16,539 bases of DNA from an uncultured Janthinobacterium sp. (GTDB taxonomy: Bacteria; Vulcanimicrobiota; Vulcanimicrobiia; Vulcanimicrobiales; Vulcanimicrobiaceae). The first letter of the stretch is position 1; each line of letters starts with the position of its first letter. A program made the translations under genes and the position numbers. The notes beneath the pieces were generated by a model that saw only the letters and a program-made list of their open reading frames with translations, made no database searches and was not told where the DNA came from. Where the stretch lies: the NCBI GenBank assembly GCA_964658025.1, contig CAZZXB010000063.1:328-16866 (forward strand), read 5' to 3'. This document shows, in pieces, positions 15,060 to 16,539 of this stretch.

Positions 15060-16223
15060 TCAGCCGCGCAGGCCGAGCGCGACCATCATGCGGTAGCCCA
15101 CCTCGAGCGCGCCTTCGTCGATATCGAAGCGCGCGTTGTGGTGCGGGAACGAGGTCGCCTCGCCGCCGCGCGCGCCGACGATGAAGTAGGCGCCCGGCCG
15201 TTGCTCTTGCATGAACGACATGTCCTCGGCCCACATCACGATGTCGTGTTCGACGACCTGCGCGTCGCCGAGCGTCGCGCGGCCGACCTCGCGGACGACG
15301 TCGTTCGTCGCACGATCGTTGACGGTCGGGGGATACGACCAATGGTAGTCGAGTTCGTAATCGATCCGCATCGCCTCGGAGAGTCCGCGCGCGATACGCT
15401 CCAGACGCTGGGGCATCGCGGCGCGCACGTCGGGATCGAAACAACGGACCGTTCCCATGAGCGTCGCCTCGTCGGGGATCACGTTGAACGTCGTCCCCGC
15501 GTGAAACTTCCCGACGGTGAACACGGCCGGATCTTTCGGCGCGACCTCGCGACTGACGATCGTCTGCAACATCGTCACGAAGTACGAGCCCGCGACGACC
15601 GGATCGACCGCGAGTTGCGGCATCGCGCCGTGGCCGCCCTTGCCGCGGACGACGAGCGTGTACTCGTCGGCCGAGGCGAAGAACGCGCCGTCGCGCACGC
15701 CGATCTTGCCGACGTCGAGTCCGCTGAAGAGATGTAACGCGAAGGTCCGATCGACGTGCGGATCTTCGAGCGCGCCGTCCTCGATCATCAACCGATTGCC
15801 CGCGTAGCCCTCTTCTCCGGGCTGAAAGCAGAACACGAGCGTCCCGGGGATCTCGTCGCGCCGGGCGGCGAGCGTGCGCGCCGCGGCGAGGAGGATCGCC
15901 ACGTGACCGTCGTGACCGCAGGCGTGCATCACGCCCTCTCGCTGCGAGCGATACTCGGCCGTCACGAGTTCGGCGATCGGGAGCGCGTCCATATCGGCGC
16001 GTAAGAGCGTGACGGGGCCGGGCTTGCCGCCGACGAGCGTCCCGAGCACGCCCGTCTTGCCGACGCCCGTACGGATCTCGTCGAGACCGAGCTTTCCGAG
16101 TTCTTCGGCGACGAAGGCCGCCGTCTCGTGTTCGACCATCGAGAGCTCGGGCGAGCGATGGAGGCGGCGACGATCGCGAATCATGTCGTCCCGCGGGATT
16201 TCGAGCGTCGCCTGAGTCTGCAT
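15060..16223 (-). CDS. M20D-family amidohydrolase (peptidase M20, aminoacylase/hippurate hydrolase-like)
   Basis: LHRSPELSMVE, LLRADMDALP, MHACGHDGH, FQPGEEG, GKGGHGAMP, AEDMSF, PHHNARFDIDE. The likely start is ATG 16223 (MQTQATL). Confidence 0.95.
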   Translation of the reverse strand: MQTQATLEIPRDDMIRDRRRLHRSPELSMVEHETAAFVAEELGKLGLDEIRTGVGKTGVLGTLVGGKPGPVTLLRADMDALPIAELVTAEYRSQREGVMHACGHDGHVAILLAAARTLAARRDEIPGTLVFCFQPGEEGYAGNRLMIEDGALEDPHVDRTFALHLFSGLDVGKIGVRDGAFFASADEYTLVVRGKGGHGAMPQLAVDPVVAGSYFVTMLQTIVSREVAPKDPAVFTVGKFHAGTTFNVIPDEATLMGTVRCFDPDVRAAMPQRLERIARGLSEAMRIDYELDYHWSYPPTVNDRATNDVVREVGRATLGDAQVVEHDIVMWAEDMSFMQEQRPGAYFIVGARGGEATSFPHHNARFDIDEGALEVGYRMMVALGLRG

Positions 16224-16233
16224 GGGCCCCTGT

Positions 16234-16257
16234 CTTCCACGACCGAGGCCGAACCCT
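16234..16257 (-). promoter_or_regulatory. Putative sigma-H-like promoter AGG-N17-GAAG for the amidohydrolase
   Basis: Minus strand reads gcAGGgttcggcctcggtcgtgGAAgacaggggcccATG. GAA is 11 nt before the ATG. Confidence 0.35.
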
Positions 16258-16266
16258 GCGCCCATC

Positions 16267-16299
16267 GTTAAATCAGCCTTAAGCATCGTCCGTTATGCT
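16267..16299 (+). promoter_or_regulatory. TTAA-N7-TTAA direct repeat (OmpR/PhoB-family-like box) plus -10 TATGCT
   Basis: gTTAAatcagccTTAAg has TTAA at 16268 and 16279 (11-bp period), over the -35 position of TATGCT at 16294-16299. Confidence 0.5.
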
Positions 16300-16348
16300 C
16301 GCATGCAACGGCCGCCGATGCGGCGATTCTCTTTGGATTGGAGCTCGG

Positions 16349-16539
16349 ATGTATCCGCTGAGGTATTTCGTCGTTCGCGCGTTCGTGCTCGCGATCGCGC
16401 TCGCGTCGGCGACGCGCGACGTCGCGGTCGCGCGATCCGCCGCGGCGCAACCGGCGACCGCCGCCGCGGCTCCGTCCGGCGCACCGAGCGCCGCGACGAC
16501 GATCTCGGGTTACGTGCGCGACGGATCCGGGCGCCCGCT
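16349..16539 (+). CDS. Secreted protein, probably a TonB-dependent receptor with an N-terminal carboxypeptidase-regulatory-like domain (partial)
   Basis: Not in the ORF track. GGAG SD at 16340-43, then MYPLRYFVVRAFVLAIALASATRDVAVARSAAAQPATAAAAPSGAPSAATTISGYVRDGSGRP...; ISGxVxDxxGxP is the typical start of that domain. Confidence 0.65.
   Translation, partial: MYPLRYFVVRAFVLAIALASATRDVAVARSAAAQPATAAAAPSGAPSAATTISGYVRDGSGRP

Noticed and set aside
1..16539. CRISPR array, IS/transposase, prophage, tRNA or rRNA, defence system
   Set aside because: No regularly spaced repeats, transposase or integrase motifs, or RNA-gene signatures were seen, and composition looks uniform. The SLOG gene has no effector neighbours suggesting a conflict system.

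Overview
Very GC-rich (roughly 70% by eye), CpG- and CGATCG-saturated bacterial DNA from a probable diderm. The style resembles Vulcanimicrobiota/Eremiobacterota, but that is only an impression. The window is core metabolism and envelope, with no recognisable mobile element, CRISPR array, rRNA or tRNA. Gene order: glcE (partial, -) and glcD (-); LOG/SLOG-family protein (+); secreted two-domain aspartyl protease (+); NAD(P)H/FAD oxidoreductase (-); 113-aa hypothetical (+); glutamate synthase large subunit gltB (-) with no adjacent gltD; 57-aa acidic micro-ORF (-); CBM9/DUF5916-like outer-membrane protein (+); Tat-signal MmgE/PrpD-family enzyme (+); M20D amidohydrolase (-); start of a probable TonB-dependent receptor (+). 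The most striking points are: (1) gltB has no ATG/GTG/TTG upstream of its catalytic Cys and appears to start at an SD-preceded ATC; (2) this gltD-less gltB lies near an NADPH-type flavoprotein reductase that might supply its electrons; (3) a recurring AGG-N17-19-GAA motif sits 11-12 nt before three start codons, suggesting sigma-H-like leaderless promoters; (4) the MmgE/PrpD enzyme carries a twin-arginine signal and has an odd 5' end.
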